64,000 nt of DNA. It comes from Coriobacteriaceae bacterium (GTDB lineage: Bacteria; Actinomycetota; Coriobacteriia; Coriobacteriales; Coriobacteriaceae). The translations under genes and the position numbers were made by a program. The number at the start of each line of letters is the position of its first letter. Position 1 is the first letter of the stretch. The notes beneath the pieces are model-generated. The model was not told the origin of the DNA. It saw only the letters and a list, made by a program, of their open reading frames with translations, and did no database searches. Below, in pieces: positions 48,716 to 59,101 of the stretch. The DNA is taken from assembly GCA_905194345.1 (NCBI GenBank), contig CAJJRZ010000006.1:8470-72469 (forward strand). The letters are read 5' to 3'.

Positions 48716-49585
48716 ATGGCCCAGATTACCGCCGCTATGGTCAAGCAGCTCCGCGAGATGACCGACTCCCCGATGATGGAGTGCAAGAAGGCTCTCGTCG
48801 AGGCTGACGGCGACATGGACGCCGCTGTCGACGTTCTGCGTAAGAACGGCCTTGCCAAGGCTGCCAAGAAGGCTGGCCGTGAGACCAACGAGGGCGCTGT
48901 CGCCGCGTTCGTCTCCGAGGATGGCAAGACCGGTGCTCTGCTCGAGCTCTCCTGCGAGACCGACTTCGTTGGCTCCAACGCCAAGTTCACCGGCTTTGCT
49001 TCTAAGGTCGCTGAGGTTGTCGCTACCACCGAGCCTGCTGACGTCGACGCTCTGCTCGAGAAGCCGATGGGCGAGGAGACCGTTTCCTCCGAGCTCACCG
49101 AGATGATTCACATCATGGGCGAGAACATGAAGATCTCCCGCTTCGCTGCCCGCAAGGCCGAGAACGGCGCGCTCGCTTCTTACATCCACATGGGTGGTAA
49201 GATCGGCGTCCTCGTCGAGTTCGCCTTCGAGAAGGCCGAGACCGCTCAGGCTGAGTCCTTCAAGACCTTCTCTCACGACGTTGCCCTTCAGGTTGCCGCC
49301 GTCGCCCCGATCTGCGCTACCCGCGATCAGGTTCCGGCCGAGACCGTCGAGCACGAGAAGCAGATCTACATGGCCCAGGCTGCCGAGTCCGGCAAGCCCG
49401 AGGCTATCCAGGAGAAGATGGCTGTTGGCCGTCTGGAGAAGTTCTACAAGCAGTCCGTGCTCACCGAGCAGGAGTTCATCAAGGACAGCTCCCTCACCAT
49501 CAAGAAGTACGCTGAGCAGGTCTCCAAGGAGCTCGGCGACACCATTACCGTCGTTGCCTTTGACCGTCTGGTCCGTGGCGAGTAA
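48716..49585 (+). CDS. tsf: Elongation factor Ts
   Basis: VKQLREMT..MMECKKAL and CETDFV motifs. Confidence 0.97.
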   Translation: MAQITAAMVKQLREMTDSPMMECKKALVEADGDMDAAVDVLRKNGLAKAAKKAGRETNEGAVAAFVSEDGKTGALLELSCETDFVGSNAKFTGFASKVAEVVATTEPADVDALLEKPMGEETVSSELTEMIHIMGENMKISRFAARKAENGALASYIHMGGKIGVLVEFAFEKAETAQAESFKTFSHDVALQVAAVAPICATRDQVPAETVEHEKQIYMAQAAESGKPEAIQEKMAVGRLEKFYKQSVLTEQEFIKDSSLTIKKYAEQVSKELGDTITVVAFDRLVRGE

Positions 49586-49608
49586 ATAAGCTCTTGTAGC
49601 TGGTAATG

Positions 49609-49643
49609 AGCAGGCTGTGGGTTTTACTCACAGCCTGCTTTTT
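49609..49643 (+). terminator. Terminator after tsf
   Basis: AGCAGGCTGTG...CACAGCCTGCT-TTTT. Confidence 0.8.
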
Positions 49644-49702
49644 CATGGCTCTTATCAGAGCCTTTGATATCATATTGAGAGTCTAATTAAAGGAGGATCG
49701 CT

Positions 49703-50425
49703 TTGTCCGACATCCGATATAAACGAGTGCTTCTTAAGCTTTCCGGCGAAGCGCTGATGGGCGACGGCCAATATGGCATCGACCCCAAGGTTACCGATCA
49801 TCTTGCCAAGCAGGTCAAGGAGCTGCTCGCCGTTGGCCATGAGGTCGGCGTCGTTGTCGGCGGCGGTAATATTTTCCGCGGCATGGCAGGCGCTGCCGGT
49901 GGCATGGAGCGTGCTCAGGCCGACTACATGGGCATGCTCGCGACCGTTATGAACGCGCTCGCCCTGCAGGATGCTTTCGAGCATAACGACGTTCCCTGCC
50001 GTGTGATGAGCGCTATCCAGATGAACGAGATCTGCGAGCCCTATATTCGCCGTCGCGCCATCAACCACCTTTCCAAGGGCAACGTCGTTATTTTTGCCGC
50101 CGGTTCGGGCAATCCGTACTTTACGACCGACACCGCCGCGGCTCTTCGTGCGTGCGAGATCGGCGCCGAGATTCTGATTAAAGCCACCAAGGTTGACGGC
50201 ATCTACGACAAGGATCCCGTCAAGTGCGCCGATGCCGTCCGTTTTGACAAGATTACCTATCACGAGGTTCTCGTCCGCGGTCTGCAGGTTATGGATTCCA
50301 CGGCTACGGCACTGTGCCAGGATAACCGTATGCCGATTTTGGTCCTCAACATCGATGGCGAGGACACCGTCAAGCGCGCGCTCGCGGGTGAGCCCGTCGG
50401 CACGCTCGTCTATCAGGAGGATTAA
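49703..50425 (+). CDS. pyrH: Uridylate kinase
   Basis: [17 protein letters not shown] and [13 protein letters not shown] motifs. Confidence 0.97.
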   Translation: MSDIRYKRVLLKLSGEALMGDGQYGIDPKVTDHLAKQVKELLAVGHEVGVVVGGGNIFRGMAGAAGGMERAQADYMGMLATVMNALALQDAFEHNDVPCRVMSAIQMNEICEPYIRRRAINHLSKGNVVIFAAGSGNPYFTTDTAAALRACEIGAEILIKATKVDGIYDKDPVKCADAVRFDKITYHEVLVRGLQVMDSTATALCQDNRMPILVLNIDGEDTVKRALAGEPVGTLVYQED

Positions 50426-50427
50426 GC

Positions 50428-50964
50428 ATGGCAGAGAACATCACCGCCCATATGGACAAGTCGCTCGAGTCCCTCAAGCATAACTTCTCCAAGGTCCGTA
50501 CCGGTCGCGCCAACGCCAACATTCTGTCCGACATCACCGTCGATTATTACGGTGTCCCCACGCCGGTCACGCAGGTTGCCGCCGTCAAGACCCCCGAGGC
50601 TCACATGCTGCTCATCGAGCCGTGGGACAAGGCGCTCATCAACGCTATCGTCAAGGCCATCGGCGCTTCCGATCTGGGCATTACCCCCAACTCCGATGGC
50701 ACCGTCGTTCGTCTGCCGTTCCCGGCCCCCACTGAGGAGCGCCGTCGCGAACTCGTCAAGGAGTGCCGCGAGTACGCCGAGCAGGCCAAGGTGTCTATCC
50801 GTAACATCCGTCGCGACTTCAACAACAAGCTCGAGCGCGATGAGGAGCTCACCGAGGACGATGTCCGTCGCGAGCAGGCCAAGGTCCAGAAGCACACCGA
50901 TGAGTATGTCGCCAAGGTCGAGGAGCTTCTGAAGGAAAAAGAAGCCGAGGTCATGGAGATCTAA
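50428..50964 (+). CDS. frr: Ribosome recycling factor
   Basis: RTGRAN, TEERRRELVK and SIRNIRRD motifs. Confidence 0.97.
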   Translation: MAENITAHMDKSLESLKHNFSKVRTGRANANILSDITVDYYGVPTPVTQVAAVKTPEAHMLLIEPWDKALINAIVKAIGASDLGITPNSDGTVVRLPFPAPTEERRRELVKECREYAEQAKVSIRNIRRDFNNKLERDEELTEDDVRREQAKVQKHTDEYVAKVEELLKEKEAEVMEI

Positions 50965-50965
50965 G

Positions 50966-51760
50966 GTGCAATACGACGAGCATAAACTGGTCGAGTACTT
51001 TGCCGACGCCCCTGCGGGCGTCGGTTTTTCCGACCTTGACCTCAATAACATTCCGCACCATATCTCGTGCATCATGGACGGCAACGGTCGTTGGGCCACG
51101 TCGCGCGGTCTTGCACGCACCGAGGGCCACAAGGCGGGTATCGTCTCGCTGCGCGAGATCATTACCGCCTGCGTGCGCCTGGGCGTCGACGTGCTTTCGG
51201 CCTATGCATTTTCGACCGAAAACTGGAATCGACCGCAGCACGAAGTCAACGTTCTGATGCACCTGTTTGCCAAGACGTTTATCGACGAGCTGCCGCTTCT
51301 GAAGCGCGAAAATGTGCGCGTAGTCTTTTTGGGTGACATTTCCGCGCTGCCCAAGAAGACTCGCGACGTTTTTGAGCGCGGTCTTGCCGAGTGCGCCGAT
51401 CACACCGGTATGACGCTGGCGCTTGCCGTCAACTACGGCGCGCGTGCCGAGATTACCCGCGCTGTCCGTCAGATCGCATCCGACGCTGCCGCCGGTAAGA
51501 TCGATCCTGCCGCAATTGATGACGACATGGTGGCTTCCCACCTCTATACCGCCGGTCTTCCCGATCCCGAACTTGTGATTCGCACCTCTGGTGAGCTGCG
51601 CCTTTCGAACTATCTGCTGTGGCAGGTGGCTTATTCCGAATTCTACGTCACCGATACCTATTGGCCCGACTTTGATCGTTGGGGCCTTATCGACGCCATT
51701 TTGGCCTATCAGGGCCGTGACCGTAGGTTTGGTGGACTGAGCAAGACCGAGGAGGCTTAA
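50966..51760 (+). CDS. uppS: Undecaprenyl diphosphate synthase
   Basis: IMDGNGRWA, AFSTENWNRP and RTSGELRLSNYLLWQ motifs. Confidence 0.97.
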   Translation: MQYDEHKLVEYFADAPAGVGFSDLDLNNIPHHISCIMDGNGRWATSRGLARTEGHKAGIVSLREIITACVRLGVDVLSAYAFSTENWNRPQHEVNVLMHLFAKTFIDELPLLKRENVRVVFLGDISALPKKTRDVFERGLAECADHTGMTLALAVNYGARAEITRAVRQIASDAAAGKIDPAAIDDDMVASHLYTAGLPDPELVIRTSGELRLSNYLLWQVAYSEFYVTDTYWPDFDRWGLIDAILAYQGRDRRFGGLSKTEEA

Positions 51761-51762
51761 TC

Positions 51763-52677
51763 GTGTCCGATCGTCCCAAGGCATCTGCTCCCAAGACGCC
51801 AGTTTCCGCGGCGCCTGCGCGCAAGGCTGCCACTGCGGGAGCACCTGCAGCAAAGAGCGGCACCGGTTCGTGGCTGGCGGGCTTTATCACCCGTGCCGCC
51901 GCCGGTATCGTCTACGCCGTTGTCTTTATCCTGTGCCTGGTTTTGGGTATCGTGCCCACGGCCATCTTTGTTTCTGTCATGAGCGGTCTGTGCTGCTATG
52001 AGTTTTTCCGTATGACGAGGCTCGATGGCAAGATGGCTAACGAGCGCATGGGTATCGCTGCCGCCGTACTCTTTCCGCTGTCGGCGTTGGGCGATTCGAT
52101 GTTGCTGAATGCCCTGCTTTTTGCCCTGATGCTCGCTGTGGGCATTTGGTATGTTTGGTCGCCGCGTACCCGCATCTCTGATGTGGCCGTGACGCTCATG
52201 GGTCCCATCTACACTGGCTTTATGCTGTCGGCTATCGTGCTGCTGCGCGATGCCGTGCCCGGTTTTGCCGGCGCCCTGCTTTCAGTGGGCGTTTGCGCGT
52301 CCCTTTGGGTCTCCGATTCGTTTGCCTACATCGTGGGCAGCCGTATCGGCAAACACAAGATGGTTCCCAAGATCTCTCCCAAAAAGAGCTGGGAGGGGTT
52401 TGTTGGCGGCATCCTGGGCTCGGTTTTGATTTGGCTCATCCTGTGGGCGACGCACTTCTACAAGCTCAGCCTGCCCTATGCGCTGCTGTGCGGCGTGGTC
52501 GTGTCCATTCTGGGCGTTATCGGCGACCTTATCGAGTCGCGCATCAAGCGCGGTGTGGGCGTCAAGGATTCCGGCAACCTTATCCCGGGCCACGGCGGAA
52601 TGCTCGATCGTAGCGATTCGCTTATCTTCGGCTGCATCACCGCACAGCTGTTGCTGATGATCGGAGGCGTGCTGTAA
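51763..52677 (+). CDS. cdsA: Phosphatidate cytidylyltransferase
   Basis: PKISPKKSWEG and KR..GVKDSG..IPGHGG.LDR.DS motifs. Confidence 0.95.
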   Translation: MSDRPKASAPKTPVSAAPARKAATAGAPAAKSGTGSWLAGFITRAAAGIVYAVVFILCLVLGIVPTAIFVSVMSGLCCYEFFRMTRLDGKMANERMGIAAAVLFPLSALGDSMLLNALLFALMLAVGIWYVWSPRTRISDVAVTLMGPIYTGFMLSAIVLLRDAVPGFAGALLSVGVCASLWVSDSFAYIVGSRIGKHKMVPKISPKKSWEGFVGGILGSVLIWLILWATHFYKLSLPYALLCGVVVSILGVIGDLIESRIKRGVGVKDSGNLIPGHGGMLDRSDSLIFGCITAQLLLMIGGVL

Positions 52678-53864
52678 TGTCCTTCCAGACGACGTATGGC
52701 CCCGATGGACGCCTTCGCGTTGCCATCCTGGGTTGTACGGGCTCTATCGGCACCCAGGCGCTCGATGTGTGCCGCCAGCATGCCGATTGCCTGCAGGTGA
52801 CGGCGCTGTCCGTTAACTCCAGTACCCTCGAGCTCGTTGCCGCTGCCCGCGAGTTCTCGGTTTCGGCGGTTGCCGTGGCCGATGTCGCTCATGGCGATGA
52901 TGCCGTGCTGCAGGAGTTGCCCGAGGGAACGAAGCTCGGCGTTGGCGCGCAGGCGGTTTGCGAGCTCGCGCGTCGCGACGATGTCGACTGCGTGCTTGTC
53001 GCTATTGTGGGCGCCGCCGGTCTCGAGGCGAGCCATGCGGCCTTGACCTCGAATAAGCGCCTTGCCCTTGCCAACAAGGAGTCCCTCGTCGTCGGTGGCG
53101 ACTTGCTTATGCCGTTGGCGCAACCGGGCCAGCTTATTCCAGTTGACTCTGAGCATTCCGCCATCTACCAGTGCTATCTGGGTGAGAACCCGCGCGAGGC
53201 CCACTGCATTTGGCTCACCTGCTCGGGCGGTCCGTTCTTTGGCCGCACGCGCGACGAGCTCAATCGCGTGACGCGTGCCGATGCCCTCGCACATCCCACG
53301 TGGGCCATGGGTGCCAAGATCACCATCGACTCCGCCACCCTCATGAACAAGGGCCTGGAGCGCATCGAGGCCATGCACCTGTTTAACTGCGACCTCGATT
53401 TCATTAACGTGGTCGTGCAGCGTCAGTCCAAGATTCACTCTATGGTCGAGTTTGCCGACGGCTCCGTGATGGCGCATCTCGGTGCTTCCGACATGCGTAT
53501 TCCCATCCAGTTCGCGTTCTCGTATCCCGAGCGTTGGGATACCCCGGCGCCTCGTATCGATTTTCGCGAGCTGGGGCAGCTCACGTTTGATGCTGCCGAC
53601 ATGGATACCTTCCGCTGTCTGGCACTGGCCGAGCGTGCCGGCAAGACGGGCGGCACCATGCCGTGCGTGCTCAATGCCGCCAACGAGGTTGCCGTCGATG
53701 CCTTCCTGCACGATAGCTGCAGCTTTACCGATATCGATCGCATTGTGGAATCCTGCATGGATGCCCACGATATGCAGGCGGTCGATTCGTTTGAGCAGCT
53801 TCGCGACATCGATGCGTGGGCGCGTGAAAAGGCTGCGCAGGTGCTCGCCGCAACCCGTTCCTAA
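52677..53864 (+). CDS. dxr: 1-deoxy-D-xylulose 5-phosphate reductoisomerase
   Basis: GCTGSIG, LANKESL, PVDSEH and HPTW.MG.KITIDSAT motifs. Confidence 0.97.
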   Translation: MSFQTTYGPDGRLRVAILGCTGSIGTQALDVCRQHADCLQVTALSVNSSTLELVAAAREFSVSAVAVADVAHGDDAVLQELPEGTKLGVGAQAVCELARRDDVDCVLVAIVGAAGLEASHAALTSNKRLALANKESLVVGGDLLMPLAQPGQLIPVDSEHSAIYQCYLGENPREAHCIWLTCSGGPFFGRTRDELNRVTRADALAHPTWAMGAKITIDSATLMNKGLERIEAMHLFNCDLDFINVVVQRQSKIHSMVEFADGSVMAHLGASDMRIPIQFAFSYPERWDTPAPRIDFRELGQLTFDAADMDTFRCLALAERAGKTGGTMPCVLNAANEVAVDAFLHDSCSFTDIDRIVESCMDAHDMQAVDSFEQLRDIDAWAREKAAQVLAATRS

Positions 53865-53889
53865 CCCATAAGGATTGCTTTTTCGTTTT

Positions 53890-55251
53890 ATGGATACTGT
53901 TCTGAGCGTTCTCTCATCGGTCTTTTGGGGCCTGCTGATGCTTTCCGTCCTCGTGTTTTTGCACGAGGGCGGCCACTTTTTGGCGGCGCGTGCCTGCGGC
54001 GTCCGTGTGACCGAGTTCTTTTTGGGCCTGCCGTGCCGCTTTGACATTCATTACACGTCGCGTCGCATTGGAACCAAGTTTGGCGTGACCCCGCTGCTGC
54101 TGGGTGGCTACGCTGCCATCTGCGGTATGGATCCGACCGACGTCTCGTGTGCCGATCGCGTGCTCGCGGCTATCTATCGTCATGGTCGCGTGACCGTGGC
54201 CGACCTTGCTGTCGAGCTCGAGCTTTCCGAGGAGGATGTGCTTGAGGCATGCGCCCTGTTGCTTGGCTGGGGCTCCATCGCACCCTGGTATGAGGAAGGG
54301 GAGAAGCCCTCGCCGAGCTACTATCCCACCAAGTATCAGACGCTGCCGCGAGATGCGGCGGGTTACACCACCTTTGACGGCCGCCGTTTCGATCGCGAAC
54401 ATTCAACTGCCGAGGGCGATGCGTGGGAGCTGCCGTGCGGCGAGGCCGAGTTCCTTGCACAAGAGCGTTCGCACACCTATCTTGGCCAGAGCTTTCTCAA
54501 GCGCGCCTTTATGCTGCTCGCGGGCATTATTGTCAATATCTTGACGGGCTTTTTGCTCCTTATGAGTATCTATTCCATTGCGGGTGTCACCGTGCCGATG
54601 GATACCAACGTGATCGGTCAGGTTGACGGGGGGTCTATTGCCGCCAAGGCGGGTATCGAGGGCGGCGACGCGATCCTTTCGGTTGACGGAGTATCGTGCT
54701 CTACCTGGATGGACGTTTACGATGCCATCGGCAAGGCTGCCGGTAAGGACGATATCGCCATCGAGTACGAGCGTGACGGCAAGCAGCATTCGACCACGGT
54801 TGCGCTCAAAGAGGACGAGCGCCTGGGTGTGTATGCCTCTATGCAGGTGGTCCGTTTAGACCCGATCACCTCGGCGCGTCTGTCATTCTCCTATGTTGTA
54901 CAGACGGCGGATGGCGTTATGCGCCTACTCCAGCCGCAGCATACGATGGAGATTCTCGATCAGTCTTCTTCGATCGTGGGTATTAGCGTTATGTCCTCAC
55001 AGGCTGCTGCTGCCGGCCCTGCCACGTTCCTTTCGTTTGCCGCCCTCATTTCGTTCTCGCTTGGCTTTATGAACCTGCTGCCCATCCCACCACTCGATGG
55101 CGGCAAGCTGGTCATCGAGATCATTCAAAAGATTGCGGGCCGCGAGCTTCCGCTCAAGGTCCAGACGATTGTGAGCTATGTGGGCATCGCGCTCTTTGCG
55201 CTGCTGTTTGTCTATATGCTTCGTTCCGACATCCTTCGATTTATTCTGTAG
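53890..55251 (+). CDS. rseP: RseP/RasP site-2 intramembrane metalloprotease with PDZ domain and an unusual insert
   Basis: HEGGH zinc motif, GGY, PDZ domain and NLLPIPPLDGG; dxr-rseP-ispG synteny. Confidence 0.92.
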   Translation: MDTVLSVLSSVFWGLLMLSVLVFLHEGGHFLAARACGVRVTEFFLGLPCRFDIHYTSRRIGTKFGVTPLLLGGYAAICGMDPTDVSCADRVLAAIYRHGRVTVADLAVELELSEEDVLEACALLLGWGSIAPWYEEGEKPSPSYYPTKYQTLPRDAAGYTTFDGRRFDREHSTAEGDAWELPCGEAEFLAQERSHTYLGQSFLKRAFMLLAGIIVNILTGFLLLMSIYSIAGVTVPMDTNVIGQVDGGSIAAKAGIEGGDAILSVDGVSCSTWMDVYDAIGKAAGKDDIAIEYERDGKQHSTTVALKEDERLGVYASMQVVRLDPITSARLSFSYVVQTADGVMRLLQPQHTMEILDQSSSIVGISVMSSQAAAAGPATFLSFAALISFSLGFMNLLPIPPLDGGKLVIEIIQKIAGRELPLKVQTIVSYVGIALFALLFVYMLRSDILRFIL

Positions 55252-55264
55252 GGGAGTGTTTGGT

Positions 55265-56344
55265 TTGTCTTTATCCCATCCTTTGCCTTGCGAGCTGACG
55301 CGCCCCGTGCATGTGGGCGGCGTGCAGATCGGTGGCGGCGCGCCTGTGGTGGTCCAATCTATGACCTGCACCGATACTGCTGATGCCCAGGCAACGCTTG
55401 CGCAGGTGTGCGCGTTGGCGCAGGCTGGCTGCGATATCGTGCGCGTGAGTGTGCCCACCGAGGCCGCACTTGAGGGTTTCCGCACCATCTGCGCCGAGTC
55501 TCCGGTGCCGATTGTCGCCGATATCCACTTTAACCATAAACTCGCCATTGGTGCCGTTGAGGCCGGTGCTGCCAAGCTGCGCATCAATCCCGGCAATATT
55601 GGCGATTGGGCCAAGGTTGACGCGGTGATCGATGCTGCGGGTGCCGCGGGCTGTGCGATTCGTATCGGCGTCAATGCCGGTTCGCTTGAGCAGGATATCG
55701 CCGAGCGCGACGACCTCACGCAGCCCGAAAAGCTCGTGATGTCGAGCGAGCGTTTCGTCAAGCATTTTGAAGACCGCGGCTTTACGAACATTGTGCTTTC
55801 GGCTAAGGCCCATAGCGTGCAAACGACGCTCGATACCTATCGAGCCCTGTCGCGTGAGATTCCCCACGTTCCGCTTCACCTGGGCGTAACCGAGGCGGGT
55901 ACCAAGCTGCAGGGCACCATCAAGAGCTCTGTAGGCTTGGGTATCTTGCTTTCCGAAGGCATCGGCGACACCATGCGTGTGTCGCTCACGGCCGATCCGG
56001 TTGAGGAGCCGCCGGTCGCCTGGGGAATTCTACAGTCGCTGGGCCTGCGTCGCCGTGGTCCCGAGATTGTCTCGTGCCCCACGTGCGCCCGCTGCCAGGT
56101 TAACCTTATTCCCATCGCCGAGGAGGTCACCGAGCGGCTTAAGAACTATTCCGCGCCGCTTTCGATCGCCGTGATGGGATGTGCGGTCAACGGCCCCGGA
56201 GAGGCATCTGACGCCGACCTGGGTGTTGCCTGCGGACGTGGTCAGGGCCTGCTCTTTTCGCATGGCCAGATCATTGGTAAAGTAGCTGAGGATCAAATTG
56301 TCGACGCGCTGATGGCCGAGGTCGACAAGCTTATTGAGGAGTAA
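55265..56344 (+). CDS. ispG: HMBPP synthase
   Basis: VVQSMT, ADIHF, RINPGNIG, HLGVTEAG, SCPTCAR and MGCAVNGPGE motifs. Start approximate (TTG after GGGGAG). Confidence 0.96.
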   Translation: MSLSHPLPCELTRPVHVGGVQIGGGAPVVVQSMTCTDTADAQATLAQVCALAQAGCDIVRVSVPTEAALEGFRTICAESPVPIVADIHFNHKLAIGAVEAGAAKLRINPGNIGDWAKVDAVIDAAGAAGCAIRIGVNAGSLEQDIAERDDLTQPEKLVMSSERFVKHFEDRGFTNIVLSAKAHSVQTTLDTYRALSREIPHVPLHLGVTEAGTKLQGTIKSSVGLGILLSEGIGDTMRVSLTADPVEEPPVAWGILQSLGLRRRGPEIVSCPTCARCQVNLIPIAEEVTERLKNYSAPLSIAVMGCAVNGPGEASDADLGVACGRGQGLLFSHGQIIGKVAEDQIVDALMAEVDKLIEE

Positions 56345-56347
56345 TAA

Positions 56348-58069
<1,722 letters not shown>

Positions 58070-58098
58070 TCGACGATTTCGCTTGTAGTTCGATATAC

Positions 58099-58149
58099 GG
58101 GACGGCCCCGCATTTCTCCAGATCGGGGAGATGTGGGGCCGTCCTTTTA
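58099..58149 (+). terminator. Terminator after proS
   Basis: GGACGGCCCCGCATTTCTCC...GGGGAGATGTGGGGCCGTCC-TTTT. Confidence 0.8.
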
Positions 58150-58171
58150 TCTTGTGGCATCCTCGATATCT

Positions 58172-58214
58172 AAAAGGAAAACCCCACAGCCCATTCGAGC
58201 TGTGGGGTTTCCCT
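58172..58214 (-). terminator. Terminator after the phosphotransferase gene
   Basis: AAACCCCACAGC...GCTGTGGGGTTT with flanking A/T tracts. Confidence 0.7.
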
Positions 58215-58248
58215 TTGTGCCTCCGATGCGAAATAAATCGCTCAGATA

Positions 58249-59013
58249 TTACTGATAATCGACGACGTCGATCCAGTTCTTCAGGAACTCATCGTTCACG
58301 TTGCGCTTACGAGCGAGCTCGGAAGCGGCGACGATGCTCGTCCACTGACGCACGACCTGCATGGGCATGTCGGCGCGGTCGCAGTAGAGCTCCAGGTAGG
58401 CCTCAGCCTGATCCTTGCTGTTGAGGGCGAAGAGCAGGTAGGTGGTGGCAACGTCGGCAGCAGGGGAGCCCTGGGTGGCGTGTGCCCAGTCGCATACATA
58501 GAGCTGGCCGTCGTCGCCGACGATGACGTTGGAGGGGTTGAAGTCGCCGTGGCAGACCTTGAACTCCTTGGTCATGCCGTCCAGACGCTCCTGAAGGTTG
58601 TAGCGCGTGGTGGCATTGAGCTGATCAAGGCTGTCGATCATGCGGGCGAACTTGTCGCGCTGACGGTTGAGCAGCGGGGAGGTGTAGCCGTGGATCTCGA
58701 TCTGGAGGTCGACGAACATCTCGAGGTACTCACCAAAGCGCTGGGGCTCGGCAGTCATCTTCTCGGCAAGGGTGGTGCCCGGAACCTTCTCGGTCACGAG
58801 CGCCCAGCCGTTGGCGTTCTCGAGCTGGGAAACCTCGAGAGCCTTGGGGCTGCGGATGCCGCACTCATTGATGCGGGCAAGATTCAAAGCCTCGTTGAAC
58901 ACGTCGGAGACAGGCTTGGTCTCGTTAAAGACCTTGACGATCTTGTCGCCCAGGTCGTAAACGACCTTGTTGCCACGGCGGACGAGCTCGGTCTTGGAAT
59001 CGGGTAGCAGCAT
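58249..59013 (-). CDS. APH/choline-kinase-like (protein-kinase fold) phosphotransferase
   Basis: IVKVF (catalytic Lys), EA.N helix Glu, CHGDFNPSN catalytic loop, CDW (DFG equivalent) and G.PAADVA. Confidence 0.85.
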   Translation of the reverse strand: MLLPDSKTELVRRGNKVVYDLGDKIVKVFNETKPVSDVFNEALNLARINECGIRSPKALEVSQLENANGWALVTEKVPGTTLAEKMTAEPQRFGEYLEMFVDLQIEIHGYTSPLLNRQRDKFARMIDSLDQLNATTRYNLQERLDGMTKEFKVCHGDFNPSNVIVGDDGQLYVCDWAHATQGSPAADVATTYLLFALNSKDQAEAYLELYCDRADMPMQVVRQWTSIVAASELARKRNVNDEFLKNWIDVVDYQ

Positions 59014-59101
59014 GGTTGCATCCTTTCAACGATGCGATAGAAGCGACGGCGGGGGTGTGTGAAACACCCGTGCACCCCCGCCGTTAAAAACCGTGCTAAA
59101 A

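Noticed and set aside
58249..59013. Aminoglycoside resistance gene
   Set aside because: Only the generic kinase-fold motifs are present; host-like codon usage and no mobile context.
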